DNA of 63,205 nucleotides, filler included, from Olpidium bornovanus S191 (GCA_017911155.1; 32 parts of 32 records of this genome joined end to end with filler, not necessarily neighbours in it), one strand, 5' to 3'; counted from the first letter of the whole stretch, positions 34,998 to 48,935 are shown. The notes: generated by a model not told the origin, from the sequence alone. Numbers and translations: made by a program.

Positions 34998-37112
34998 GTT
35001 CTCCTTTCCTTCCCGTTCTTTCGAGCTCGCGGTATACGCTGCGTCTTTTCGCCCTTTTCTTCGGCTCCGCTCCAACTTTGCCCCCCGCCGCCCCCTCCCT
35101 TGACGGACGCGACACCCCCCTCGCGCTTGTTCCACCGGACACGGGAGAGATTATAGGCCCGTGTCCTCCGTAAAAAAACGACGTCACCGGCGGTGAAAAC
35201 TTTTTGCTCGCAAACGCCGACGCAACGACGAACAACACCCGCGCGCGCGCGCGCGCGCGCGCCCAAACGCACGCTCCCGCTCGCACGCGCGAAAAACGCG
35301 AAAAAAAAAAGGCCGGCTTGGAAGCCAAAAAAAGCCAGAAGGGACCGCCCCCCCGCGCCGGTCCGCGGCGGGCGGGCGAAATCTGGACGCGACGCGCGGG
35401 AAAGGCCGGGTATTACCCGTTTGACGACGGCCCCACTCCCCACGCCCACACCCGCCCGCCCGCCCGCCCGCCCCCGGCCCCCGTTTCCGGGGCGCAGAGG
35501 CGTGCGTGATTTGAAGATCTGGCAGGTTTGAAACAGGACGGGGGGGATTTTTTTTTTTTTTTTTTTTTTTTCGCGCGGGGCGTGCCGGAGGTGTCCGAAG
35601 CCCCCCGCAAGAGAGCGTCGAACAGTCCAGGAGGGAAGGAGGGACGGGGGTTTGCGGAAAACGTCGTTTTCCCCCCGCCCTCTTTTTTCTCCTCTCCACC
35701 CCTTTTCACCCCCTTCTCCGCACACCCCCCCGGGAAGGCGAGGGAGGCGGGGGTCGGGCGGGCGGTGTTTATTTTTCCCCTTTCTCCCTCTCTCTCTCGC
35801 GCCATCCCCCCCCCCCCCCCCCCCAAAAAAAAAAAAAACCCCCCCCCCCCCCCACCCCGCAAANNNNNNNNNNNNNNNNNNNNNNNNNNNNNNNNNNNNN
35901 NNNNNNNTTAATTAATTAANNNNNNNNNNNNNNNNNNNNNNNNNNNNNNNNNNNNNNNNNNNNCCATGGTGAACGAAACCCCGCGCCCTACATTCCCCGC
36001 GCGCAAGCAGCCCGGGGGGCTGCGGTGACCCGCAGGGAAGACCAAACTCCCCGACGAGGGGCCAAAAGTTTTTCCCCGTTTGGCGCTGCACCCGGCCGCT
36101 GCCGCTGAGGATGCCAGCAGGACCGAAAAATCGCAGAACGTGTGACGCAGCCGATTTTTTTTTAACCGGTCATTGCGGCACAAAGGCGTGCGCGGAGAAG
36201 GCTGGGGAGGGGGGGAGGCGGGGGGGAAGAGAGGAGGCAGCGCTCGTATCTGGACGGACGAACAACCTGCGCAGGTGCGCTGAGAACACCTCAAAGCCGC
36301 GCCTGCTCCGGCGCGTTTGGCCGCCTCCCCTCCCTCGCGGGCACCGATGGAGAACCGCCGCTTCACTGAAAATACGAGCATCTGGCGTCATTCGGCGCAG
36401 CCCCTCGTCACACCAGGGAAAGACAGATCCATTCATCTTGCTGTGGTCATCGTGGGTTTTAGCAAAATTCTTCAAACACGGAAAGTCGTCGTCGCGGGTA
36501 GGCCGTGAAGGGAGGGGGTGGGGTGCGTGGCGGGGAGCTCGGCAGGGGTCAGGTGGAACAGGCGGGACATGACGACGTCGTCTGGCGAGTTAGTGCGCGG
36601 AGGGTGCAGCAAGAGTTTGGCGGACGGAGTGTGCCCCGAAGCTGCGCGGAGAGGGGGGGACCTGCCGGCCGGTCGGCTCGGCTGCGGGGTAGGCGAAGAC
36701 GACTTCGCGTAGATCCCAGGGGGGGCGAGAACTTTCCTGCAATGCTGATAAGCAATGCTGACGGAGCCGCCGTAGTGAGCGCGTGAGAAGAAGAGCGAAA
36801 GAGAACTGTATTCGGCGCATTGCGCTGCTGTCTCTCCCAGGCTTAGTTTACAGGGCGGGTGGCTAGCTAGCTAGGCTTACAGACTCTGCAAAGGGGTAGT
36901 GACTGAGGCTCAGGTGCGTCCGCGGCCCAGAGCCTCTCTCACCTCCACCACCAACCACCCTTTTCCGTTTTCCCCCATTTCTCCCCTTTTCTCCCCTTTT
37001 CTCCCCCGCCCCCCCCCCCCTTCCCCCCCCCCCCCCGCCCCGCCCCCCCCCCCCTAAACCCCCGACACAACCCCAACTGCCAAACTTCGCACCCGCCGAA
37101 GAGAAAAAAAAA

Positions 37113-37180
37113 ATGGCCGAGAAGAAGCACCTTTCCATTGTCATATGCGGTCACGTCGACTCGGGGAAGTCCACCACCAC
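37113..37180 (+). CDS. EFL: Elongation factor-like protein (EFL), N-terminal 22 codons only
   Basis: MAEKKHLSIVICGHVDSGKSTT: the HLSIVICGHVD form is EFL-type, versus HINVVVIGHVD in canonical fungal EF-1alpha. Confidence 0.75.
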
Positions 37181-37514
37181 NNNNNNNNNNNNNNNNNNNN
37201 NNNNNNNNNNNNNNNNNNNNNNNNTTAATTAATTAANNNNNNNNNNNNNNNNNNNNNNNNNNNNNNNNNNNNNNNNNNNNACGAGAAAGAGGTCGTGCGG
37301 CGGCCGGAAAACGACTCTCCCGGCGCCCCGCGGTGGCGGCTTTGCGAATCGGACAAGGCTTCTTTGTTTTTTCATTTTGGTTTTTTTTTGTTTTTTCATG
37401 TGTTCCCCGTGACAGCCGGGTCCGACAAAGAGAGATGGAGAGAAAAAGCGAGTGCGGGAGATCGAGAAAGAAAGAGAGAGAGAGGGAGACGAGCCCGCTG
37501 AAACCCCGCCTTTT

Positions 37515-38280
37515 TCAGTCCCGGGTTTGGTTCTCGGAATACCACCGTGCCACGTAATCATCCCCCTCTTTTTGGAGGACGCCGATCCGGTGGTACAGCG
37601 TGCGCGCGCGGACGTAGGGGTCGAGCTTCCACCACGCCCTCCGCAAAGCCGCCGCGGCCAGGTCCCGCGCGCGGTCCAGGTCGTCGTCCGGCGCTGGCCA
37701 GCCCTCGTCCTCCTCGTCGAGGTCTCTGGCCGACAAGCACGGTGAGCCCGCCGCGCGGGCCGAGTCGCACCACGCGCGCGTGGCCCGCTCGAACCGCCGC
37801 GCCGCCAGCAGGTGCTTCCGCTCCGCCGCCGTCCGCTCCTCCGCTGTCGCCTCTGGGTCCGGGTTCTCGCCTGCCGGCGGCGGCACGTACGTGTACTCGT
37901 ACCTGTCCTGCGCGTGCGACTCCGCGTTCGGACCGCCGCCGCCGCCGCCGCCGGGCGGGCCCTGCTGCTCGACCCTGCCCGTGGAGGCCGTCGCCGGCGG
38001 CAACGGCGGCGGCTTCTTCTCCCCGCCTTTCTCAGCCGTCCAGAAAACCGGCAGGATGTTCGTCGCGGGCAAATAATTTGCCAGGTCGTCGACGTTCTTG
38101 ACGAAATAGATTTTCGACGCCACCACCGGGTCGAGCAGCGGCGCAATGAATTTCCACACACTGGAGAAGAGCCACGGTGCGTTGTAGATGAGGAGCATGC
38201 CGAGACTCTCTGGGTAGTACGCCTCGAAGCACTGGATAAGAAACTTGGTGTACGGGAAGTCCATGTTGGGCAAGCTAAAG
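37515..38280 (-). CDS. CSR1: CRAL-TRIO (Sec14-like) phosphatidylinositol transfer protein CSR1/SFH2, last exon
   Basis: FSLPNMDFPYTKFLIQCFEAYYPESLG...APWLFSSVWKFIAPLLDPVVASKIYF...KLDPYVRARTLYHRIG. Confidence 0.88.
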
Positions 38281-38493
38281 CTGCGAAGCACGTAGGGCGG
38301 GTTGATCCCTCAACGCTCCCGTTTACGCAAGCGCGGACAGTCCGGTCTCGTGCGGTATCAAATCTGCCCGCGTCCTACCGTANNNNNNNNNNNNNNNNNN
38401 NNNNNNNNNNNNNNNNNNNNNNNNNNTTAATTAATTAANNNNNNNNNNNNNNNNNNNNNNNNNNNNNNNNNNNNNNNNNNNNCATGACGGCAA

Positions 38494-39400
38494 TTGCCTC
38501 CTTTTTGGCAGGTTGAGGCCTACGAACCGCAATTTGATGTGGAAGACGGCGCGCGCCCCTCCAAGCCCGAGAGTCCCTCAAAACCCGCCGACTCTGAGAA
38601 TGAACGGACCATCCGGGCTGGTGCGTGTGGTCCTAAGCAACCGCACCCGTTCTCGAAGGTGTTTCTCAAGCGCGAAAGGAAACTCGCTGGCGCGCAAGGA
38701 CTGTCGGGGTCCGTCGGTACAGTTGAATTTGTGGGCGCGCTTGGCGCCGGCGACAGCGCAATTGGCGAGCTGCCGGATACAAAAACTGGAACGGACAAAT
38801 CAAAAAGGTCTGATGAGCTGCGGCCGGACAGCCCGGCCATGCAGGAGATCCGTGAAGGTGAGACTCAGAGTAGACCCGTTGAGTGTCAAAAAGGCTCTGA
38901 ACATCATTGTCCGCTGGTTTGGGCACGGCTGTCAGTCACGTACAACCTCCAGAGATGGATGGACGAAATCACTGGGAACATCGCCGCCAGTACAGCCGAT
39001 CCAGAGGCTGGGGGAAACGTGACAAGGGAAAGCGACGAGGTGGACATCGATGCCCTCCTTTCATCGCTCCGACCCGCGACATTGTCAGTCAACAATCCCG
39101 AACAGCAGCAAGCGCCCACCACTTTTTCAAGAGATCAAAAACCTGCGAACGTCGGTCCGGCTCCAACGCGAGTTCGTGGTCAACAGCAGCTGCGTGCGCG
39201 CTGGAATGCCGCAGTTGGAAACGGAAAATTCGAAGGGGTCTTTTGCGATCAAAATCTCCGCGTCGAAAACAGCAGTTTTACTTATCGCCCGCACCGGCCG
39301 AAACGGAAAGTCCAGTACGGCGCATGGTATATCCCGGCGAAAATGTGGCATGTAGAGAAGGAGAGGAAAAGCACAACGGTGAGATTCAAGTGGGGCGTAT
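38494..39400 (+). CDS. Hypothetical protein fragment with a FAM47-like YGAWY motif
   Basis: Long open frame containing YRPHRPKRKVQYGAWYIPAKMW. The family assignment rests on this one motif. Confidence 0.45.
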
Positions 39401-39733
39401 GTCCGAAACCGCCCCGCTTTTCAGACCCTGCTGACAAACGGACGAATGGACGCCCGGCGGGAAATCATTCCTGGTCGCGAACTCCGGGCAGGATGCGGCG
39501 ACAACGAAAGCAGGCCATGACAAAATTAGCGCCTCGGAGTACCTGGAGCGTCTCCTCCAATCACGCGCGGCAATGCAAACCGGGCAAGGTGCTGCCGTGT
39601 CGGGGCCAGACAAAGAGAAGACGGCAGTTTCGCANNNNNNNNNNNNNNNNNNNNNNNNNNNNNNNNNNNNNNNNNNNNTTAATTAATTAANNNNNNNNNN
39701 NNNNNNNNNNNNNNNNNNNNNNNNNNNNNNNNN

Positions 39734-41309
39734 NAATTCTCCGCACTTTCAGCTCTGGACGGTCTGGATCATTACCTTATCAGCGAGTATATTTACGCCA
39801 CACTCACTTTCGAGCCCGTTCCGCGGGTTGAAATGATACCCTATCTTTACATGCTGTCCTTGTGTGAAGGCATCGTGCCCCGGCGGGATCAGCTGAACGA
39901 TCTTTGCAGGATATGGCACGACGACATTCGAAGGATTTTGCGCGAACTAGCGTTTTGGGGTCGACGCGCCGCCCGTGACGGCCTCGAAGACGGCAGTGCA
40001 ACAAGAGAAGGCGATCCGCCGAGAAAGGTTATTGGACCCGACCGAAGTATTGGGGCCGGACTTCCCCCCTTGTCAAACATCTTGCTTGGCTCCCCGGAGT
40101 ACGCCTTGGGTGTGGTCGATCGATGGCCCGCGAGCTACTGTATCGAACTCCCAGCCACTCTAGACATCGCGCCTACCGATCTGTTAGGTGACTGGGCCGA
40201 TTCTCTACCTCAACCGTTGAGATGTTCACAGCCGGTGCCCACGACTACGTCCGACAGTCCAGACAGAGTAGAGCTGATACCACAGCCAACGTTGGCAGCC
40301 CTGCCTGGTTTGGCTCCGGGCATCTCCTGCCGGCTCGAAACGGATCCGTGTTTCGCTTCTGTAAAGTTGAATCCGGGCGGCGCAGCCAGTGTGGTTGCGG
40401 CAACCCGGATTTTTACGGCCTCCAACCATCCTGACACTTTACTTGGTTTCATTGATGCTTACGTGGAGCTTATCAGCTTCACGGATGCCTACGTGGGAGT
40501 CAAACAATGGCGCAAGGAACAGGTGCTCGTGACGTTTCCATATAGTGCGGATGCGCGCGTGTGCTGGTTGATTTGTAATAACGGGGCATTTTCCCATTCA
40601 GATACACGGCATGGATTCGTACGAGGCGGGCGTGTCCGACCGGTCCTCGCGGCCGAAAACGCTGCATAAGCAGTCGCTCCCCGGGACGATGGCGAGGCGA
40701 TCGGGGGCACCAGACCACTCCGATGTAGATGTTCAAATCACGTGGCTGCTTAGCTTGGGCGCGAGGAGACAGCTAGATCGTCATGCGGGACCCAATCCGC
40801 CACTGGAGGGCCCTAGTGTTGATGTGGTCGCAGGAAACATCGCCGACGCTATCGCGCGAAAGGACTCGAAAGCTTCGCGGACGGAGGCAGCCAGGGAGGC
40901 CGCGTGGTTTACCCTGCAGGAATTAGGAGTTGCGCGATGTACTGGATTGCGAGGCGGGGCGGAAGCTACCAGGTGCGATAAGGGGAGAACCCGCCTTATA
41001 TTTCCGCTGCGCAACGCCGGTTGATCCCATCGTCCTCACCATACCGTATGTCCTAACGGCGGTGGTGGATCGGCGCGTCCTTTCCCGGCGTCCATTCCCC
41101 ACGCGGGGTTTTCGCGCGGCAACAGTCGAAACCCGGCGGTGGTCAAGGTTTTGGGGCCACTCCTCGCCACAGCGTCTGCGATGCGCACCGGGGTGGATTT
41201 CTATCCACAGATGGTGTACTACGCCGGCCTCATCGCGCGGATCGACCGGCGGATGGCCGACGAGCTTACCGGGGACATGTCGAGACGTCGCCGGAACGGA
41301 AGAATGTGA
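39734..41309 (+). CDS. ELG1: ELG1/ATAD5-like RFC clamp unloader, internal/C-terminal fragment
   Basis: LTFEPVPRVEMIPYLYMLSLCEGIVP...LCRIWHDDIRRILRELAFW matches the Elg1/ATAD5 post-AAA helices. Downstream exon boundaries uncertain. Confidence 0.6.
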
Positions 41310-41726
41310 GCTCGGGCCGTCGCCCTGGATTCCGACGCGCGCAGTGCATCCGCTCGTGGGAAATAACAACGCTCCGGCTCCACTGCCACCTAACACGGTA
41401 CTCTATTCCCGCGGAAAAGGCCTCCCGTTTTGCGCCATTTCCTTGAAGACTTGCAGGACTTCGAGCAAGCTGATGCTTCCCTCCGTTTTGCCGCGCACAT
41501 CCCTGGTGCAAATTCGAGATTATTCCAGAACCTTTAGGGCTCCGGCTCATGNNNNNNNNNNNNNNNNNNNNNNNNNNNNNNNNNNNNNNNNNNNNTTAAT
41601 TAATTAANNNNNNNNNNNNNNNNNNNNNNNNNNNNNNNNNNNNNNNNNNNNAAAAAAAAAAAAAAAAGAAAAAAAAGCCAACCAACCAGAGATTAAAAGA
41701 GAAGAGAAAACTCTCAGCGCCGAGCG

Positions 41727-42691
41727 AAACAGGTTGTGAGCCCAGTAGGGCTGCCCTGCCTGTGAGAACGTCAGCCTCCCTCCATCGTCGCGCGCATCCT
41801 TCAAGGGAGGAGCGGCCCCTTGGCACCCGTGCAGCCCAGTGCGGGGCTTCTGCGGCAACAGCGGCCCGGGCTTGCTGCACAGCGTCACGGAAACCACGGA
41901 AACCCCGTCGTCGCACGTCATCACGTTAAGAGAGAAGCTGCGGGAAAGTAGCCCGAGTCGCGGCGAAGGAGGGAGGGCCGACCGAGAGGGTGGATACGGC
42001 GGGACGCCTCCAAAACTACGGAAGGGAACTTCGAAAAAAAGATGTCAAGTCAAAGCCCAGAGCGTACAGAGCGCGCGGAACTACCACGCGCCGCCCGTAG
42101 AGGACCACCTGGTGGAGAAAGCAGTGCCACAAAAAACTGGCCCATGTGCTGCGGGGAAGACAGTTGAAAAGTCCCTCCAAGCTTCGCACAAGTGCTCACA
42201 ACTGGAAGGACAGGACGCGCTTGGGGCAGCAGAACAAGCGCTGGGAACAGCGAGCTCTGCGGGGCGTTATGGATGAACTTCGGAGCACGGGTGCTGCAAC
42301 CAGGGTTCAAGCGTACCAACTGAGGGATAATTCCCAAGAGGCGGCGCCCGTTTCGAAGCCAAAACCGAGGGCACTGATGACGAAGGCCAAGGGCGATGGA
42401 AAGAAATTCAAGGAAGGAAGGCAACAAAATAAAAAATGATCACAAACAAAAAAGAAGCCCCGAGACATGCCAAGGGTGGATTGTTTTGGACGTCACCAAA
42501 AGGGCCATTACAAGAGAGATTGACCAAACGAGTCAACTGAGAACGTAAACACAACCAAGATTCCAGAAACAAAGAAGAAATTAGCTGACGCAAACCGATT
42601 ACACCTGTACTCCGTAAAGGCGCTGAACGCGCAGCGGGGAGATGCTAGGCTAGATGGGTGGATTCTTGATTCAGGAGCATCATAACACATG
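41727..42691 (+). mobile_element. Decayed Copia 5' region: LTR end, PBS, gag knuckle, protease start
   Basis: AAACA + GGTTGTGAGCCC (41732-41743); degenerate CFGRHQKGHYKRD*; WILDSGAS*HM at the contig end. Confidence 0.8.
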
Positions 42692-42791
42692 NNNNNNNNN
42701 NNNNNNNNNNNNNNNNNNNNNNNNNNNNNNNNNNNTTAATTAATTAANNNNNNNNNNNNNNNNNNNNNNNNNNNNNNNNNNNNNNNNNNNN

Positions 42792-44264
<1,473 letters not shown>

Positions 44265-44774
44265 GACATCAGTAGATGCGGCGTGCTTGCAGGACGAGCC
44301 GCGAGCCCCACAGCCCTCAGCCGCGACGCCGGAATAACCCGGGCAGAACAGACAACCACGCGGCCACCAGGGACACTGCGTCATTTGGCCACGGCGGCGG
44401 AGCGCGTGCGCCGCGCAACTTCAGAGAATAGCGAAGGGGGAATCGCCGTCAGCGCCTGTACACCTACACCAGAAGTGGCGCCACACATCACCGCCCTCCC
44501 AGAGGACGCCAGCGCCAGCGCAGGCGCGGCGTTTCCGCTGGGCATTCCAACGTGACCGATGGCCGTTAACCTCAGCATGAAGCAGGAATCCAAGTTCCCA
44601 AATGTAGCGTGCCAAAAGCGTTTTTCTGGCTTTATTCCCAGAAGCTCGCCGCGGGTCGTTCTGAGCGTTGGCGCTCGCAGCGGCGGCCCGTGCGCGGCTA
44701 GAAGGTTGAGAGGAGTTGAGGCGTTTCGCGTTCGACCGCCGCCCCGCACGGCCGAACCGCGCGCTCGTGGTTCG

Positions 44775-44836
44775 CACGTGACCAGGGTCCGCCCGCTCCC
44801 CGCACGCAGAAAAGTTTAACGCCGGCGGTCACGTGA
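44775..44836. promoter_or_regulatory. Two GTCACGTG-type E-boxes about 0.5 kb upstream of SSC1
   Basis: CACGTGAC at 44775 and GTCACGTGA at 44828. Function is inferred only. Confidence 0.3.
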
Positions 44837-45029
44837 TGAGTAAATTCGCCCGTTGCTTTGGACGGCGCTTGCGCAGCAGCCCCGCGGTCCCATCGCAAAC
44901 GCAAAGCACCCAAAATAAAGAGAACTGGGTCGGCGCCCTGTCTTCACCCCCTCCGTTGGCTTCTCTCGGTGCCTTTTGCTCGTACCTTGCTCGCACCAGG
45001 AAGACACACCTGGAACACGTTTCAGGACA

Positions 45030-45310
45030 TAAAGGATTCGTGCGCGTGAGCTCCTGCCGAGGTCCAAAACTCAACATCTGCGACGTGTTGCAGGTGCTTG
45101 TAAAGGCTGGGGACGTGTACGAGTAACATGCCGAACCCCTCACCGTCTGTGCGGGCCCATTTACTGACTTGTGTGGCCGGTGACGGCGGACGGGGTTTGG
45201 CTCCGTTGACATGGAACCACTGCCCATTTTTGAGGAGGTATCTCCTCATGTCCTGCTTCCATGTGCGCCAGTTTCCCTCGTCCAAGCGTGAGACGTACCG
45301 CGTACCGCGG
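45030..45310 (-). mobile_element. Copia gag N-terminal remnant
   Basis: SRLDEGNWRTWKQDMRRYLLKNGQWFHVNGAKPRP resembles the conserved Copia gag start (L..xNY..WK..M...L....LW..V.G). Confidence 0.65.
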
Positions 45311-46269
45311 TGGTCGTCGACTGCTCTGTCTCTCATGTGCAGTTGCTATCGACGAGACGCGCGGTATGGAACGAAAAACTATTCTTCCCGGAGGGGAAGA
45401 GAAAGGAATGAACAGAAGTACCAAGACTTCGAGGCCCTGTGCCCGCCCGCCTACTACTTCAAAGACCAAACTCGCCTACGCCTTAGCAGTCGGAACAGTT
45501 TCTTCTCTTTCTTTCTCTAAGTGCACGAATCGCAACGACCAGAGTGAGGGATGGGCGATGCCTATTTTTCTAGGGGACCCGCGCGGGGTCCAGAAAAAAC
45601 GCGTCTGTCACGCTACAGGAAGGGGTGGGGGGGGGGGATCAGTTAGCGTGTGCAGCGCCCGAGTTATCAAGAGTGAAGGCCGGATTATCGTCCGGCAACT
45701 TCTCGCTCCAGTGGGCGTTCGCCGTTTTTTTTCCCTCCACAGCGGAAGGAAAAAGGTTTGTGAACGGCTCGACTGTTTTCCATCGACTGAACGGCTGTTT
45801 TCCACCGAGGTCGTGGATGCTACTCTCGTCGGCGCACAAAAAAAACAACACTTTCCGGTAGGTCCGCTTCCTTTTCAAGGTGACGGAAGAACAATCTTCA
45901 CGAAGTGTTCTCGTGTCTTGGTTGCTCCTCGGCTCGGCGGCGACAGGCTTGCCCCGCGGCAACTCCTCTCCTGCGCGGGTTTCTCTCCCGCGCAACACCG
46001 GCTCCTCTTTTTGCGGGGCGGCGACGACGAACAGCTCGGCTGCGCGACTCCTGCGCGCGTTCTTTTCCTCCTGCGCGGCGCGTTCGCCGACGCAGGCCGC
46101 GAGCCCTTCCTTCCGCTCTCTAACGCGGCGCCGACGCATGGCGCAGCGGGTCGGCGAGTCTGTCCTTCTGCTCACCGTTTTCCTACGCGGCGCCGACGCA
46201 CGGCGCGGCGTGCGGGCGAGTGCTTGCTTCTCGCCTCCTACGCGATGCCGACGAGTTCCGCTCACTGCA

Positions 46270-46620
46270 GCCAATGCGGAGAAGACTGTCGTTGTAGCCC
46301 GGCAAGGCCTTTTCAGATAACCTTGCATGCTGTTTGGCCTCCCCAGGGCCCCGCCAACGTTGCAGCCTAAGATGGACGCAGTCCTCGCCGGCCTCAAACG
46401 GCAATGCTGCCTGGTCTATCTGGACAAATGTCGTTGTATTTTCCTATATGTTTGACCAACACCTCGCAGACTTGCGCCTCGTTTTCAACCATCTTTTTGA
46501 AGCGGGACAGAATCACAGACTTTTAAAGTGGGTGTCATTCCCTTGTCGTCCTTTGATCATCTGGGAGCGGTGGATTTGGGTCCACCGCGTTTGTTGTTCT
46601 CGACAAAGTTGGTTGCGGAT
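46270..46620 (+). mobile_element. Frameshifted Ty3/Gypsy reverse-transcriptase remnant
   Basis: Across frames: KTVVVARQGLFR*PCMLFGL, PTLQPKMDAVLAGLKRQCCLVYLD, VVVFSYMFDQHLADLRLVFNHLFEAG. Confidence 0.8.
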
Positions 46621-47121
46621 TTCTTGGGCCACTTGAGATTCTGAGTCAGAGTATTCGTTTTCCAGTGCACTTGGTTAGGCACATAGCTGCGGAAGCGGAG
46701 CCGGAAGCGTAGGAGCAGGAGCGGGGAGCAGGAGCGGGGAGCAGGAGCGGGGAGCGGGAGTGGGGAGCGAAGGGCGGAGCTGGAAGGGAAAGCGATTGTT
46801 TTCCTGTTGTGTTTGAGTGAGGGCGAAGCGCGGATTCACCTGTGGGCGCAATCGGAGTTTTTATACCTTCCCCCCACCCCGGGGGAAGCCGTCCAGCCCA
46901 TCGGGGCGGGCGCTTCAATGGGTGAATTGAAGCGAAGTTGTTATGGACGCCACAGAGAGCGCATTGGAATAAGGTTGGTACGGTTTGGTGGAATAAAGTT
47001 GGTTCGAAGCTTAGTGCGAATTTGTTGTTCGCCACTGGAAACGGTCGTCGAAAGCGCTTGACATCCTGAACCTTAACGCGCAGCTGCCAATGCGCATCTC
47101 GAAAGGTAACCATGTCCCCGG

Positions 47122-47663
47122 TAGTGTTGGGTCCGAGTTGCCCCAACTCGAATCAACTCGCTCGATTCGATTGTTTGAACCATGCTCGAGTTGGGATTTT
47201 TAACTTGATGCCCGAAGTGAACTCGACTCGAAACAACTCAGGCACCACCTTGTGCCAGACTTGGCTGACTCGAGCCCGATTCGGCCTAGCCCGAGTCAAT
47301 TCGAAAACAAACGCCACTGCTCGGCCCCCCGCTTCTTTTTTTTTTTTTTTTTCCAAATGCTGCTATCTTTCCAAACGTCGCTTCTTTTCCAAACGCCGCT
47401 TTCTCTGAAAGGCCATCTGCTTTTTTTAAATCAAAAAAAAATTGCTGGGTAACTCAAACACGACGCGTTTAAGTCTCGAACACGAACTCGAACTTGACTC
47501 GACTCAATATGCTGGGGCGCCAATTTTCCAAACGAGCGGCAACTCCAGTCGTGTTATTTGAACTCGAGTTGAGCATCGAGTCGACTCAAGTTGGTTTTCT
47601 CAACTCGCCGACTCGTTCGAGTTGGGCCTCCAACTCGCTCGACTCGACTCAGACTCAATAATA
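47122..47663. mobile_element. Non-autonomous hAT-type DNA transposon (MITE), 542 bp, with 8-bp TSD
   Basis: GTCCCCGG flanks both ends (47114-47121, 47664-47671). Imperfect 19-bp TIRs match 14/19. Subterminal AACTCG/CGAGTT repeats; no ORF. Confidence 0.85.
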
Positions 47664-47934
47664 GTCCCCGGTCTTTAAAATGTTGACAACGGTGAATGTG
47701 GTGGGGCCCGCTCCGCGAGACNNNNNNNNNNNNNNNNNNNNNNNNNNNNNNNNNNNNNNNNNNNNTTAATTAATTAANNNNNNNNNNNNNNNNNNNNNNN
47801 NNNNNNNNNNNNNNNNNNNNNATTTTTATTATTAAAAGAATTTTTTATGGTCCGGAATGACGTCAAGCGCGCAAGAATCAGAACCATTGTTGGGCGAACC
47901 GACTCCACGGAGCAGAACATCCCTACTTACACGA

Positions 47935-48935
47935 TTGCATGCTCATAGCCATCCACCATCCCTGGTGTGCGTTTAGCATCGAGGTGCCCAGGAGCACCCC
48001 TATGGCGGTGTTGAGAGCGTCGCAGCCTAATTTCCCCGCGCAAGCCGTCAATCCGAAGTTTCGGGCGTTCAGGCCATCACGGCCGCTCCATGGGCCGGCG
48101 TCTGTCCGTTCAAAGAAACAAAACTTGGACACCCCACCGTGGTCGAAGAGCTCGCCCAGCGGCCCTCCAGAGTTCGTGCGCCGCGCCTGCTTGCCATCCA
48201 CGGCATCCAGGCTCTGGTAGGCGAACAGTCCGAGCCCGAAAGTCAGGTAGACCCAGTTTGGGCACGGCTGCTCGAGATCCGGCGAGTAGTACAGCAGTGT
48301 CAGCAGGTTGACGACGCAGATCCCGAAGCCGATAAAAGTTATGAGATTCGGCCTGCGATACAAAAGCGCCTTTAGGAACGAGCGGTTGAGGCGACATGTG
48401 TTGAAGCTTAAAGGCGCCGGTGGGCAATCGGCGTCGCGGACCGGCCAGCCGTGGTGGGGAAGCGGGGGGGGCGCGGGGTGTGGAAATTGGGCTGCTCGCC
48501 GCGCCTCCTCCCTCCCACTCCTTCCCTCTTCCTGGATACGTACGCCATCCAAAGCGGGAGCTGCTCGACGAGCCAACACCAGTAGTGGTTGAGGACATAT
48601 CGGCTGAGCAACGACTTGTCGATCCCGCTGCGGCGAGTACGGCGATTTGAGCAGGTCAGCGACTGAGGCGCGAAGACGGCGCAAACAAAAACAAAAAAAA
48701 AGCGGAAGCGAACCGGCCGCGAAAGCGAAACGATCTTCGCGCGCTAGGAAGCAACACGGTTTTTTTGCTCGCAGCGGTGCCCGCGCGCGTCAGGCGCGTG
48801 ACTGTGCGCCAATCCGTCAGGCGCGGGCGTCGCCGTCCCGCACACGCGGCCGTTCGCTCGGTCGACGCACCTGTACTTGTACTTGGAGAGGTTCGGCCGG
48901 TACTCGGGCTTGATGTACCTGTACCGGGGCACCAT
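47935..48935 (-). CDS. EPT1: Choline/ethanolamine phosphotransferase (EPT1/CPT1 family), 3'-partial
   Basis: [64 protein letters not shown] carry the CDP-alcohol phosphotransferase motif. Confidence 0.92.
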
